Translations under genes and position numbers: made by a program | Source: an uncultured Chloroflexia bacterium | Lineage (GTDB): Bacteria > Chloroflexota > Limnocylindria > Limnocylindrales > CSP1-4 | Direction: 5' to 3' | Assembly (NCBI GenBank): GCA_963763775.1 | Contig: CAVXPZ010000001.1 | Span: 320,001 to 384,000, forward strand | Length of the DNA: 64,000 bases | In this document: positions 36,540-46,992 of the stretch, in pieces | Position numbering within the stretch: position 1 is the first letter of the stretch | How the letters are laid out: every line of letters starts with the position of its first letter | The notes under the pieces: model-generated | The model's database searches: none | What the model was told of the DNA's origin: nothing | The model's input: only the letters and a program-made list of their open reading frames with translations

Positions 36540-39500
36540 ATGCCGTACACTTCGGACGTGCCCCAGGACCGACTCGTCGTGCGCGGAGCGCGCGAACACA
36601 ACCTCAAGAACGTCGACGTCGCGTTCCCGCGCGACCGCCTCGTCGTCATCACGGGCCTGTCGGGATCGGGCAAGAGCAGCCTCGCCTTCGACACGATCTA
36701 CGCCGAGGGCCAGCGCCGCTACGTCGAGAGCCTCAGCGCCTACGCCCGGCAGTTCCTGGGACAGATGGAGAAGCCGGACGTCGACCAGATCGACGGCCTG
36801 TCGCCGGCGATCTCCATCGACCAGAAGGGCGCGTCGCGGAACCCGCGGTCCACGGTCGGGACGGTCACCGAGATCTACGACCACCTGCGGCTGCTGTTCG
36901 CGCGGATCGGGGTCCCGCACTGCCCCAACGGCCATGCGATCGAGCGGCAGACCGTCCAGCAGATCGTGGACCAGGTCCTCGCGCTGCCGGAGGGCACGCG
37001 CCTCCTGGTCCTGGGCCCGCTCATCAAGGACCGCAAGACCGAGGGTGACCGCGTCTTCGACGCCGCACGCCGGCAGGGCTTCGTCCGCGTCCGCGTCGAC
37101 GGGGAGATGGTGGACATCGCCGAAGCCCCGAAGCTCGACAAGTACAAGCGGCATTCGATCGAGGTCGTCGTCGACCGGTACGTCGTGCGCCATGCGGAAG
37201 CCCCCGACGGCGCAGCGCTCGCGGCCGACGGCCGACCGATCGACCCGGAGACCGGGCTTCGCGATCCCGGATCCCGACGCCGGCCGACTCGCCGACTCGA
37301 TCGAGACGGCGCTGCGGCTCGGCGAGGGCGTCGTGCTGATCGCCCCGGCCCCGCGGGACGACGAGCCAGCCGCGTTCGAGGAGCAGCGATACAGCGAGAA
37401 GTACAGCTGCCCGTACGACGGGTTCACGGTCGAGGAGCTCGAGCCGCGCACGTTCTCGTTCAACTCCCCGCACGGGGCGTGCCCGTCCTGCACGGGCCTC
37501 GGGACACGCCTCGAGATCGACCCGGACCTCGTCGTCCCGGACCGCGCCAAGAGCCTCGCGGCCGGCGCGCTCGTGCCGTGGGCGAAGATGCCGACGGACG
37601 CCTCCTGGCGGCTCAAGATCCTCGAGGCCATCACGGCGTCGCACGGCTGGGACTTCAAGGCCGCGTTCCGCGACCTCCCGCGCCGACGCCGTCCAGTACG
37701 TGCTCTACGCGGCCAAGGACGAGAAGGTCGTCGTCCGCTACCGCCACGAGCGCGGCGAGAACACGTACAACGCCACGTTCGAGGGCGTCGTCACGAACCT
37801 CGAGCGCCGCTATCGCGAGACGGACTCGGACTACATCAAGACCGAGCTCGAGAAGTACATGGTCACGCGGCCATGCCCGACCTGCGGCGGCAAGCGTCTC
37901 CGGCCCGGAGATCCTCGCGGTCACGATCGGCGACCGGAACGTGTGGGACGTCTCGACGATGTCGATCACCGCGGCACTCGACTGGGCGGCAGGGCTGGCC
38001 GGCACCCTCAGCGAGCGCGAGCGGACCATCGCGGTCCAGGTCGTCAAGGAGATCGTCGCGCGGCTCGGCTTCCTCGTCGACGTCGGGCTCGACTACCTGA
38101 CCCTCGATCGGACCAGCGTGACGCTGTCGGGTGGCGAGGCCCAGCGGATCCGGCTGGCGACCCAGATCGGGACCACGCTGATGGGCGTCCTGTACATCCT
38201 CGACGAGCCGTCGATCGGCCTGCATCAACGCGACAACGCCAAGCTCATCGCCACGCTCACGCGGCTGCGCGACCTGGGGAACACCGTCCTCGTCGTCGAG
38301 CATGACGAGGAGACGATCCGGACCGCGGACTGGGTCATCGACATCGGCCCGGGCGCCGGGGAGCACGGCGGCGAGATCATCGCGAACGGCCCCCTCGAGG
38401 CCGTGTTGGCCGAGCCGCGATCCATCACCGGCGCGTTCCTGCGAGGCGAGCGCGAGGTCGCCGTCCCGAAGCGGCGGCGGCCGGGCAACGGCAAGTCGCT
38501 CGTCGTCAAGGGCGCCCGTGAGCACAACCTGCACGATCTCGATCTGCGCGTGCCGCTCGGCACGTTCGTCGCGGTGACGGGCGTGTCGGGGAGCGGCAAG
38601 AGCACGCTCGTCACCGAGGTCCTGTACCGGGCGCTGGCCCGGGAGCTCAACGGCTCGCGCGAGCCGGTCGGGGCGCACGACTCGCTCGACGGCGCCCAGC
38701 ACGTCGACAAGATCATCGAGATCGACCAGAGCCCGATCGGGCGGACGCCCCGCTCGAACCCGGCGACCTACGTCGGGTTGTTCACCCCGATCCGGGAGCT
38801 GTTCGCGGGGGTCCCGGAGGCGCGCGTCCGCGGCTACACGCCCGGCCGGTTCAGCTTCAACGTCAAGGGCGGCCGGTGCGAGCACTGCAAGGGCGACGGG
38901 ATCCTCAAGATCGAGATGCAGTTCCTCCCGGACGTCTACGTCCCGTGCGAGGTCTGCAAGGGCAAGCGCTACAACCGCGAGGCCCTGGAGATCCACTACA
39001 AGGGCAAGTCCATCGCGGACGTGCTCGAGATGACCATCGCGGAAGCGCTCGAGTTCTTCGGCGCCGTCCCGAACGTGCGGACGAAGCTCCAGACCCTGTT
39101 CGATGTCGGGCTCGGCTATGTCCACCTCGGCCAGCCGGCGACGACACTGTCGGGCGGCGAGGCCCAGCGGGTCAAGCTCTCGACCGAGCTCTCGCGACGA
39201 GCCACGGGCCGGACGTTCTACGTCCTCGACGAGCCCACGACCGGACTCCACTTCGCGGACGTCGAGAAGCTGCTCGAGGTGCTCCACCGGCTCGTCGACG
39301 GTGGGAACACCGTGTTGGTCATCGAGCACAACCTCGATGTCATCAAGACCGCGGACTGGATCGTCGACCTCGGTCCGGAGGGCGGCGACCGCGGCGGACG
39401 GATCATCGCCGAGGGCACGCCCGAGCAGGTCGCCAAGGTCCGGGCGTCGGCCACGGCCGAATACCTCGCCCGCGTCCTGCGCGGGGAGCCGCTCGTCCCG

Positions 39501-39629
39501 CTCAGCGACGTCACCTTCGCGGACGAAGCGGGCCGAGGAGGCCGGCGGAACGGCAACGGCAAGACGGCTCCGGAGATCACGATCGCGCCGTCGCGCAAGC
39601 GCGCCGCGGCTGCGACGAGATCGCGCTGA
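36540..39629 (+). CDS. uvrA: Excinuclease ABC subunit A (frameshifts near 37260, 37681 and 37903)
   Basis: [48 protein letters not shown], zinc fingers, [11 protein letters not shown]. Confidence 0.97.
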   Translation: MPYTSDVPQDRLVVRGAREHNLKNVDVAFPRDRLVVITGLSGSGKSSLAFDTIYAEGQRRYVESLSAYARQFLGQMEKPDVDQIDGLSPAISIDQKGASRNPRSTVGTVTEIYDHLRLLFARIGVPHCPNGHAIERQTVQQIVDQVLALPEGTRLLVLGPLIKDRKTEGDRVFDAARRQGFVRVRVDGEMVDIAEAPKLDKYKRHSIEVVVDRYVVRHAEAPDGAALAADGRPIDPETGLRDPGSRRRPTRRLDRDGAAARRGRRADRPGPAGRRASRVRGAAIQREVQLPVRRVHGRGARAAHVLVQLPARGVPVLHGPRDTPRDRPGPRRPGPRQEPRGRRARAVGEDADGRLLAAQDPRGHHGVARLGLQGRVPRPPAPTPSSTCSTRPRTRRSSSATATSAARTRTTPRSRASSRTSSAAIARRTRTTSRPSSRSTWSRGHARPAAASVSGPEILAVTIGDRNVWDVSTMSITAALDWAAGLAGTLSERERTIAVQVVKEIVARLGFLVDVGLDYLTLDRTSVTLSGGEAQRIRLATQIGTTLMGVLYILDEPSIGLHQRDNAKLIATLTRLRDLGNTVLVVEHDEETIRTADWVIDIGPGAGEHGGEIIANGPLEAVLAEPRSITGAFLRGEREVAVPKRRRPGNGKSLVVKGAREHNLHDLDLRVPLGTFVAVTGVSGSGKSTLVTEVLYRALARELNGSREPVGAHDSLDGAQHVDKIIEIDQSPIGRTPRSNPATYVGLFTPIRELFAGVPEARVRGYTPGRFSFNVKGGRCEHCKGDGILKIEMQFLPDVYVPCEVCKGKRYNREALEIHYKGKSIADVLEMTIAEALEFFGAVPNVRTKLQTLFDVGLGYVHLGQPATTLSGGEAQRVKLSTELSRRATGRTFYVLDEPTTGLHFADVEKLLEVLHRLVDGGNTVLVIEHNLDVIKTADWIVDLGPEGGDRGGRIIAEGTPEQVAKVRASATAEYLARVLRGEPLVPLSDVTFADEAGRGGRRNGNGKTAPEITIAPSRKRAAAATRSR

Positions 39630-39691
39630 TCCGCGCTCGCCCGTCCCGCCGCGGACGTTCCGCCGCGTTGCCCAGCGGCTAGCATACGGAC

Positions 39692-40147
39692 GTGCCGGAC
39701 ATCGACTTCGCCTTCCTGGCCGACGCCGCGGAGACCATCCCCGGGCAGAAGTTCCACGTCCTCGGCGGTGGCATCGCGCGGATCGGCGGCCGTCGGTTCC
39801 CGTTGCGGCACCCGCACCTGGCGCTCGTGATCGGCCTGCAGGTGACCGCGCCCGAGACCGAGCGCGAACACGAGATCCGGTTCGTCCTGCTCGGGCCCGA
39901 CGGCGCGGAGGTGGCCGGGGCGACCGGGAGCCTCGTGGCGCGCAGCCAGCGTGACGGGCGTGACGCGACGCTGACGTTCTCGATCGACCTGTGGAACCTG
40001 ACCTTCCCGGCGCCGGGCGACTACTCGTTCCGGATCCTCGTCAACGGGTCGGAGCGCAAGCGGCTGCCGCTGCTGCTGCTCGCGCCCACCGACGATGCGG
40101 GCACCGGCAAGGGCGGGACGACGGTGACGCGACCATCGGATGACTGA
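39692..40147 (+). CDS. Hypothetical beta-sandwich protein (DUF6941-like)
   Basis: AFLADAA....K..VLGGG, FPAPGDYSFRILVNG. Confidence 0.7.
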   Translation: MPDIDFAFLADAAETIPGQKFHVLGGGIARIGGRRFPLRHPHLALVIGLQVTAPETEREHEIRFVLLGPDGAEVAGATGSLVARSQRDGRDATLTFSIDLWNLTFPAPGDYSFRILVNGSERKRLPLLLLAPTDDAGTGKGGTTVTRPSDD

Positions 40148-40496
40148 CGCCCGTAGCGGCGGCCCGTCGACGACCAGGGCGTCCGGAGGCCGCCCGCCGG
40201 CGCGACACGAGCGACCGGCCATCGACGCGCTAGGACTGGAGGCCGCGCGGCATGCCGACCGGTTGGTGCAGGCGGCGCAGGATCTCGGTGTCACGCGCTG
40301 GGCGACCTACCTCGAGCCGTTGCCCGAGCACCTCCGCGACGACGAGCCGGCGGCACTACGGCGGACCGCGATGCGCGCCAGGGCCGCCTACGGCCCGAAG
40401 GACTCGATCCGCGACGCGCTCCCGGCCGACCTGACGGAGCCGTTCCTCGACGCCATCGACCGCCTCCTGCGCGAGCTCAACCGATCGAGAGGATAA
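40140..40496 (+). CDS. Hypothetical protein
   Basis: Overlaps the upstream stop; helical protein-like ORF (YGPKDSIRDALP). Confidence 0.65.
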   Translation: MTDARSGGPSTTRASGGRPPARHERPAIDALGLEAARHADRLVQAAQDLGVTRWATYLEPLPEHLRDDEPAALRRTAMRARAAYGPKDSIRDALPADLTEPFLDAIDRLLRELNRSRG

Positions 40497-40623
40497 GCCG
40501 CCGGTCCGGCACGTTCATCCGCCTCGGGTGACATCGCGGTCCGATCGACCCGGTACCGTGACGCCGAGCCCGGCTGACCCTCAGGAAGAGGGGATGCAGG
40601 ATGGGCTGCACGTTGGAGGGGAG

Positions 40624-41511
40624 ATGGCGAACGAGGCGCTGACAAGCTGGCGCGAGGGCTCAGCCAAGCAGGCGATCCTGGACTTCGTCACGGCCGTGAC
40701 GACGCCGGGGCCGGCCTTCGTCGCGGTCGCCGACCGGATCGCCGCGTTCGACAACGACGGGACGCTCTGGGTCGAGCAGCCGCTGCCACCCCAGTTCGAT
40801 TTCGTGTTCCGCAAGTGGGCCGCGGAGGTCAAGGCGGATCCGTCGCTCGCCGAGCGGCAGCCCTACAAGGCCGTCATCACTCGGGACCAGTCGTTCTTCG
40901 CGGGCGTGGCGGGCCAGGATCCCGAGGCGGTCGGTGCGCTCATGACGGCTTTTGCGCGGTCGTGGCAGGGGACCACCCCCGCGGCATTCGAGTCGCAGGT
41001 CCGCGAGTGGCTGACGACCGTGGAGCAACCGCAACTCGGCCGGCGGTATATCGAGCTGGTCTACAGGCCGATGCTGGAGCTCTTCGACCTCCTCAAGGCC
41101 AATGACTTCCGCGTATTCGTGTGCTCCGGCGGTGGCCGCGACTTCATGCGCGTCTTCGCCGAGGAGACCTGGGGGATCTACCGCGAGAATGTCATCGGGA
41201 CGGCCGCCGAGTACCACTACACCGACGGCCGCATCGTCCGGGGCGAGCATGCCCTCGGCGGGCTCGACATCGGTCCCGGCAAGCCGGAGCACATCTTCGC
41301 CCGGACCGGGCGACTCCCGGTGTTCGCCGGCGGCAACGCGGACGTCGACATCGAGATGCTCGAGTCCGCGACGTTCTCGATCCTCGTCAACCATGACGAC
41401 GCGGATCGCGAGTTCGCCTACACGAGCGGTGGCGAGGCGTCGCTCGCCAAGGCGGCGGCGCTGGGCTGGACCGTCGTGAGCATGAAGGACGACTGGCTCA
41501 CCGTGTTCTAG
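40624..41511 (+). CDS. HAD-family hydrolase
   Basis: AAFDNDGTLWVEQP, CSGGGRDF, GK, GGNADVD..ML, VSMKDDW. Confidence 0.9.
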   Translation: MANEALTSWREGSAKQAILDFVTAVTTPGPAFVAVADRIAAFDNDGTLWVEQPLPPQFDFVFRKWAAEVKADPSLAERQPYKAVITRDQSFFAGVAGQDPEAVGALMTAFARSWQGTTPAAFESQVREWLTTVEQPQLGRRYIELVYRPMLELFDLLKANDFRVFVCSGGGRDFMRVFAEETWGIYRENVIGTAAEYHYTDGRIVRGEHALGGLDIGPGKPEHIFARTGRLPVFAGGNADVDIEMLESATFSILVNHDDADREFAYTSGGEASLAKAAALGWTVVSMKDDWLTVF

Positions 41512-41560
41512 GAAGGGACCAGCGCTCGCCTTCCAGGCGGCCGGATCGGTCGGCGCGACC

Positions 41561-42040
41561 TCAACCGACCCAAGGGATGAGCCGGCGAGTCCGCGCCCGA
41601 TACGCCGGGTAGTCCGGGAACCGCTCGACCAGCCACACCTCCTCGCGCATCGACTTGGCGGTGAAGTACATCCACACGACACCGGCGAGGACGAGGGCCG
41701 GGATCGAGGCGGTCGCCAGCGCCCACCCGGCGGATGCCAGCACGATGCCGCCGTAGATCGGATGGCGGACCCTCGCGTAGACGCCGGCCTGCACGAGGGT
41801 GGCGCCATCGCGTGGCCGAGGGAAGGGCGTGAGGTTCTCTTGCAGGTCCCGGGTGCCGCGTATGGCGAGCACCGCACCAGCCACGATGAGGGCCACCCCG
41901 ACGAGCGCGCCGGCGACGCGAGCCAGCCCGCTCCAGCTCGGACCGCCGAACCAGCCCGCGAGGGCCACCAGCAGCAGGAGGATCGCCTGGATCGCGACCC
42001 AGCCTTCGCCGCGTGGTCCGAGTGACGGCATCCTCGTCAT
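41561..42040 (-). CDS. Isoprenylcysteine carboxylmethyltransferase/PEMT-family membrane protein
   Basis: LTPFPRP, GVYARVRHPIYGG, REE, Y..Y..RT.RLIP. Confidence 0.88.
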   Translation of the reverse strand: MTRMPSLGPRGEGWVAIQAILLLLVALAGWFGGPSWSGLARVAGALVGVALIVAGAVLAIRGTRDLQENLTPFPRPRDGATLVQAGVYARVRHPIYGGIVLASAGWALATASIPALVLAGVVWMYFTAKSMREEVWLVERFPDYPAYRARTRRLIPWVG

Positions 42041-43669
42041 CCTGGCATCGTAGCCCCGAGGCCGAGCTCCTCGGTCGCTGAAGGCCTCGAGGAGGAACGG
42101 CGACGGCCCCGCGGGGTCGTACAGGATCGTCAGGGTTCGTCGCGCCCGCGTCCAGGCGACGTACGCCAGCCGACGCTCCTCCTCGTACGCCCGGGCCGGG
42201 TCGGCCGCGCTGTCGACGGCTCGGGCGCTCGGGAACCGGGCGGCCTCCATGCCGAGGATGATCACGTGGTCGAACTCGAGGCCCTTGGTGGCGTGGGCCG
42301 TGGCCAGCGTCAACGCGGCGTCGTCCCGCCGCAGCTCGCTCAGGCGCTGACGCGCCGCGCGGACGGCGTCGGCGAAGGTCGTGACATCGGCGTACGCCGG
42401 GGCCCAGACGAGCAACGCCGTCGCGAGGCGGGCTTCGACTTCGTCGACGGCAGTGGATCGGATCTGGTCGATGGCGAGGAGCAAGGGCAGGCGGACCGCC
42501 GTCATCGCCGCCTCGGCCTCGAGGCGAACGAGCATTCCTTCGAGCGCCGGGTCCTCGAGCGGCAGCTCGAGCCTGGCGGCCCGGAACGGCGTCCCGGTCG
42601 CGATGGCCACGACGACGGCCGGGATGAGCTCGCGGTTCGTGCGGGCCAGCACCGCGCGGGTGCTGTCGTCCTCCGGCCACGTGCGCATCGCCCGCTCCAG
42701 CCGGACCGGGTCATCCGCCGCATCGGGGGCAAGGACCAGGCGACCCCTCGCGTCCGGTCCCGGGCGGATCCGCTTCACGAAACGCTCCGTGTTGTGGGCG
42801 ACGAGGCGGACGGCCCGCTCGACGACCGGCTCGGGACAGCGGTAGTTGACCTCGAGGTCGATCCGGCGGAGTCCCGGCAACGAGGCGTCCAGTCCGAGGA
42901 CTCGGCGCACGTCGGCGAGGCGCCATCCGTAGATCGATTGGTCGTCGTCGCCGACGAGCAGGATCCGATCCGCCGGCGCGGCGAGGGTCAGGGCCATCTC
43001 GAGTTGCGTCCGGTCGACGTCCTGGACCTCGTCAACGAGCAGGTGCCCGCAGCGGCGCCGCCAGCGGTCCAGCAGGGAAGCGTCGTCCTCGAGCGCCGCC
43101 AGCGCCCGCAGCACCAGGTCGTCGAAGTCCGCCCCGCCCAGCTCCGCGATGGCGCGCTCATACGCAACGAACGTCAGCGCGATCGGCCCCGCCTCCGGGT
43201 CAGCGGCGACCGCCTCGGCCGTCACGCCCAACTCGACCTTCAACCGCGACACCGCCCCGTCGAGCTCGACCAGCTCGGCGTCGTCCGCGTCCGGCCGGAG
43301 GGTCTGCAGCAGCTCGTGGCGGTCGATGAGCGGCTCGACCGAGGCTCCGGCGTCACGCAGGATCTCCAGCCCCAGGGCGTGGAACGTCCGGACTCGCACG
43401 CCGCCCGCGTGGATGCCGAGCGGGGCCAGGGCCGCGTCGAGCCGCTCGCCGAGTTCGACCGCCGCCCGCCGGTTGAACGTGATGGCCGCGATCGTGTCCG
43501 CCGGAGTGCCCGTCGCCACGAGCCACGCGATCCGGGCGACGAGGGTCGTGGTCTTGCCGCTCCCGGCCGGTGCGACGACCAGGACCGGACCTGGAGCGGC
43601 CGTCGCCGCCGCGCGCTGGTCGGGGGCAAGACGCGCGAGGCGTTCGGCGACCGAGGGAGGCAGGTCCAC
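42037..43669 (-). CDS. Compact UvrD/Rep-family helicase (apparent fusion to the next gene caused by a +1 error near 42072)
   Basis: APAGSGKTT, TFN, TFHAL, VDEVQD, VGDDDQSIYGWR, NYRC, ARTN, TAHATKGLEF, EERRLAYVAWTRAR. Confidence 0.9.
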
Positions 43670-43743
43670 GCGACGATGGTGCCCGTGGCGGATCATCGGC
43701 CGGACAACGGGCGCCCACCGCCGAGTTGCCCTAGCATCGAGCG

Positions 43744-45594
43744 GTGACCCCATCCCTCGAAGCGACCCTCCAGGGACTCCCGGACCGGCCCGGCGTCTAC
43801 CTCATGAAGGACGACCGCGGGGACGTCGTCTATGTCGGGAAGGCGCAGAGCCTGCGCAGCCGCGTGCGGTCGTACTGGCAGAAGGCGACGCCCGCCGGCG
43901 ACATCCACCGCATCCGCAGCGTCATCGACCGCGTGGCCGAGGTGGAGTACACGCTGACCGACTCCGTCTCGGAGGCGCTGCTGCTCGAGGCGAACCTCAT
44001 CAAGCGGTTCAAGCCGCGGTTCAACGTCCGGCTGAAGGACGACAAGAGCTACCCGTACATCAAGATCACGCTCGGCGACGACTTCCCGCGGGTCGAGCGG
44101 ACTCGCAAGCTCCCCAACGACGGGAGCCGGTACTTCGGGCCGTACGCGTCCGCGGTGAGCGTGGACGAGTCGATGAACCTCGTGCGGCGACTGTTCCCGT
44201 TCCGCACCTGCACGATCGATATCAAGGAAGGCGAGCGCGCCCTCCAACGGCCATGCCTCCTGTACCACATCAAGCGCTGTCAGGGCCCCTGCATCGAGGC
44301 GATCTCGAAGGTGGACTACCGCGCGGACATCGAGCAAGTGGAGCTCTTCCTCGAAGGCCGGCAGGAGACCCTCGTGAAGGCGCTCGGCCGCGAGATGACG
44401 GCGGCCGCCGACCGGACCGATTACGAGCGCGCCGCGGTCGTGCGCGACAAGATCCGCGCCATCGAGCGGACGATGGAGAGCCAGAAGATGGCCGCGTTCG
44501 CGAAGACCGAGCTCGACCTCGTCGGCCTGGCACGCCAGGACAACCAGGCGGCGGTGCAGCTCTTCGTGATCCGCGACGGGAAGATGATCGGCCGCGACGT
44601 CTTCCTCCTCGACGCCGCGCGCGAGGCCTCCGACGACGAAGTGCTCGTCAGCTTCCTCGAGCAGTATTACGCCCGCGCGACGTCGATCCCGCGCGAGGTG
44701 TACCTGCCGCGGCTGGCCGAGGACGTCGGGGACATCGAGGCGTTCCTCGCGGACCGCCGCGCCGGGCCCGTCCATCTCAAGGTCGCCCAGCGCGGCGAGA
44801 AGCGGCAGCTCATGGAGCTCGCGACCCGCAACGCGGCCGAGACGCTGGCGAAGGAGCAGGCGCGCTGGCTCGCGGACCAGGGCAAGACCCTCGCGGCGCT
44901 CGAGGAACTCGCCGACGCCCTCGGCCTGCCCGGGCCGCCAGCCCGCATCGAGTGCTACGACATCAGCAACTTCCAGGGCAGCGAATTGGTCGGGAGCATG
45001 GTCGTCTTCGAGGACGGCAAGCCGCGGAGTGGCGAGTACCGCCGGTTCCGCATCCGGACCGTGCAAGGTCCGAACGACTTCGCGAGCCACCAGGAGGTGC
45101 TGCGCCGCCGGTTCCGGGCGACCAAGCCGGGACAGGAGGGGAGCGAGGAGGAGCGCCGCTGGGCGATGCCCGACCTCGTGGTCATCGACGGCGGCCGCGG
45201 TCAGGTGAGTGCGGCCAAGGAGGTCCTGGACGAACTCGGCCTGCACGACCTGCCGATGGCCGGGCTCGCCAAGGAGCGCGAGGAGCTGTTCCTGCCGCAT
45301 CGGGCGGAGCCGGTCGTGCTGCCCGCGACGTCACCGGCGCTCTACCTCGTGCAGCGGCTCCGCGACGAGGCGCATCGGTTCGCGATCACCTATCACCGGG
45401 ACCTCCGGGCCAAACGTCAGGTCCGCTCCGCGTTCGACGATCTGCCGGGGGTCGGACCGAAGCGCAAGCGCGAGCTGCTCAAGGTCTTCGGGTCGATCAA
45501 GCGCGTCCGCGACGCTCCGGTCGAGCAGATCGCGGCGGTCCCCGGGATCGGTCGGGCGCTGGCGGAGCGGATCAAGGCGACGCTGGAGGCCTGA
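43744..45594 (+). CDS. uvrC: Excinuclease ABC subunit C
   Basis: GIY-YIG (PGVYLMKD..YVGKA), DDKSYPY, IECYDIS, IDGG, RDEAHRFA, HhH. Confidence 0.98.
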   Translation: MTPSLEATLQGLPDRPGVYLMKDDRGDVVYVGKAQSLRSRVRSYWQKATPAGDIHRIRSVIDRVAEVEYTLTDSVSEALLLEANLIKRFKPRFNVRLKDDKSYPYIKITLGDDFPRVERTRKLPNDGSRYFGPYASAVSVDESMNLVRRLFPFRTCTIDIKEGERALQRPCLLYHIKRCQGPCIEAISKVDYRADIEQVELFLEGRQETLVKALGREMTAAADRTDYERAAVVRDKIRAIERTMESQKMAAFAKTELDLVGLARQDNQAAVQLFVIRDGKMIGRDVFLLDAAREASDDEVLVSFLEQYYARATSIPREVYLPRLAEDVGDIEAFLADRRAGPVHLKVAQRGEKRQLMELATRNAAETLAKEQARWLADQGKTLAALEELADALGLPGPPARIECYDISNFQGSELVGSMVVFEDGKPRSGEYRRFRIRTVQGPNDFASHQEVLRRRFRATKPGQEGSEEERRWAMPDLVVIDGGRGQVSAAKEVLDELGLHDLPMAGLAKEREELFLPHRAEPVVLPATSPALYLVQRLRDEAHRFAITYHRDLRAKRQVRSAFDDLPGVGPKRKRELLKVFGSIKRVRDAPVEQIAAVPGIGRALAERIKATLEA

Positions 45595-45636
45595 CCGGCG
45601 GCGGTCCGTGGGCGTTCCGTGTAACATCCCGCCTCG

Positions 45637-46992
45637 ATGCGCAGAGCCGGACCGATCCTCATCATCCTCATCGGTATCGCCGCCCTCTTCGTCGTCTTCT
45701 TCCCCGGGCTCAAGGTGCCGGATGCCACGGCGGCCTCGGGAAGTCGGCCGATCGAGACGAAGCTGGGCCTCGACCTGTCCGGCGGCCTGCGCGTCGAGTA
45801 CCAGGCCCAACAAGTCGACGGGAAGTCGCCGACGCCCGCGGACATGGCGATCATCAAGTCGATCGTCGAACGCCGTGTCAATGGCACCGGCGTCTCGGAG
45901 CCGGTCGTCGTCACCCAGGGCTCCGACCGCGTCGTCGTCGAGCTCCCGGGCGTCACGGATCCAGACTCCGTCCGCCAGCTGGTCGGCCAGACCGGCCGCC
46001 TCGACTTCGTCCCGCTCGGCAGCACCCAGGTCCAGGAAGGCCAGGTGCTCGACCTCAAGACGTTCCCGCCGCTCTTCTCGGGTGACCAGGTCCAGTCCGC
46101 GTCGCTGGGCCAGAACCAGCAGGGCGGCCTGACCGTCGACTTCGTCCTGAAGGGCGACGGCTCGAACCTCTTCGCGGACTACACCGCCAAGCACATCGGC
46201 GAGTTCTTCGCGATCACCCTCGACGGGTCCGTCATCTCGGCGCCGGTCATCAAGAGCTCGATCCCGAACGGCCAGGTCCAGATCGAATCGGGCGGCATCG
46301 GAGGCTTCCCCGCGAAGGAGGCCAACAACCTCGTCACGATCCTGAAGTTCGGCTCGCTGCCGTTCCCGATCAAGGAGATCTCGAGCGAGCAGATCAGCGC
46401 CACGCTCGGCGCGCAGTTCCTGAACCAGAGCCTCCTGGCGGGCGTCCTCGGGATCCTGCTCGTCATCGCCTTCATGGTCATCTACTACCGCGCCATCGGC
46501 CTGATCGCGAGCTTCGCGCTCGTCTACTACACGCTCGTGGTCGTCGCGATCTTCCGGTTGATCCCGGTGACGCTGACCCTCGCCGGCATCGCGGGTTTCG
46601 TGCTCTCGGTGGGCATGGCGGTCGACGCCAACATCCTGATCTTCGAGCGGATGAAGGAGGAGCTGCGGCTCGGGAAGACGCTGCCGGCCGCGGTCGAGGC
46701 CGGCTTCAACCGGGCCTGGAACTCCATCCTCGACTCGAACGTGTCGAGCCTCATCACCGCCACGATCCTGTACACCTTCGGCTCGTCCGTGATCCGCGGG
46801 TTCGCCCTCGTCCTGATCATCGGCGTCCTGGTCTCGATGTTCAGCGCGATCGTCGTGACGCGCTCGATCATGCGGGTGATGGTCCGCCAGCCGTGGGCCC
46901 GTCGCGCGCGCCTGTACGGGCTGCGCGAGGACGAGTTCATGGCCAAGGCCCCGGCTCGGCCCTCGCGTCGTGAGGCCGTCGAGCGTGTTTGA
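45637..46992 (+). CDS. secD: Protein translocase subunit SecD
   Basis: LGLDLSGG, GVSEP, GSLP, GMAVDANILIFER, ILDSN, GFA. Confidence 0.96.
   Translation: MRRAGPILIILIGIAALFVVFFPGLKVPDATAASGSRPIETKLGLDLSGGLRVEYQAQQVDGKSPTPADMAIIKSIVERRVNGTGVSEPVVVTQGSDRVVVELPGVTDPDSVRQLVGQTGRLDFVPLGSTQVQEGQVLDLKTFPPLFSGDQVQSASLGQNQQGGLTVDFVLKGDGSNLFADYTAKHIGEFFAITLDGSVISAPVIKSSIPNGQVQIESGGIGGFPAKEANNLVTILKFGSLPFPIKEISSEQISATLGAQFLNQSLLAGVLGILLVIAFMVIYYRAIGLIASFALVYYTLVVVAIFRLIPVTLTLAGIAGFVLSVGMAVDANILIFERMKEELRLGKTLPAAVEAGFNRAWNSILDSNVSSLITATILYTFGSSVIRGFALVLIIGVLVSMFSAIVVTRSIMRVMVRQPWARRARLYGLREDEFMAKAPARPSRREAVERV

Noticed and set aside
41561-43753. Helicase-methyltransferase fusion ORF (730 aa)
   Set aside because: Removing one C near 42072 gives a helicase stop overlapping the downstream ATG (ATGA), so the fusion is likely an artefact.
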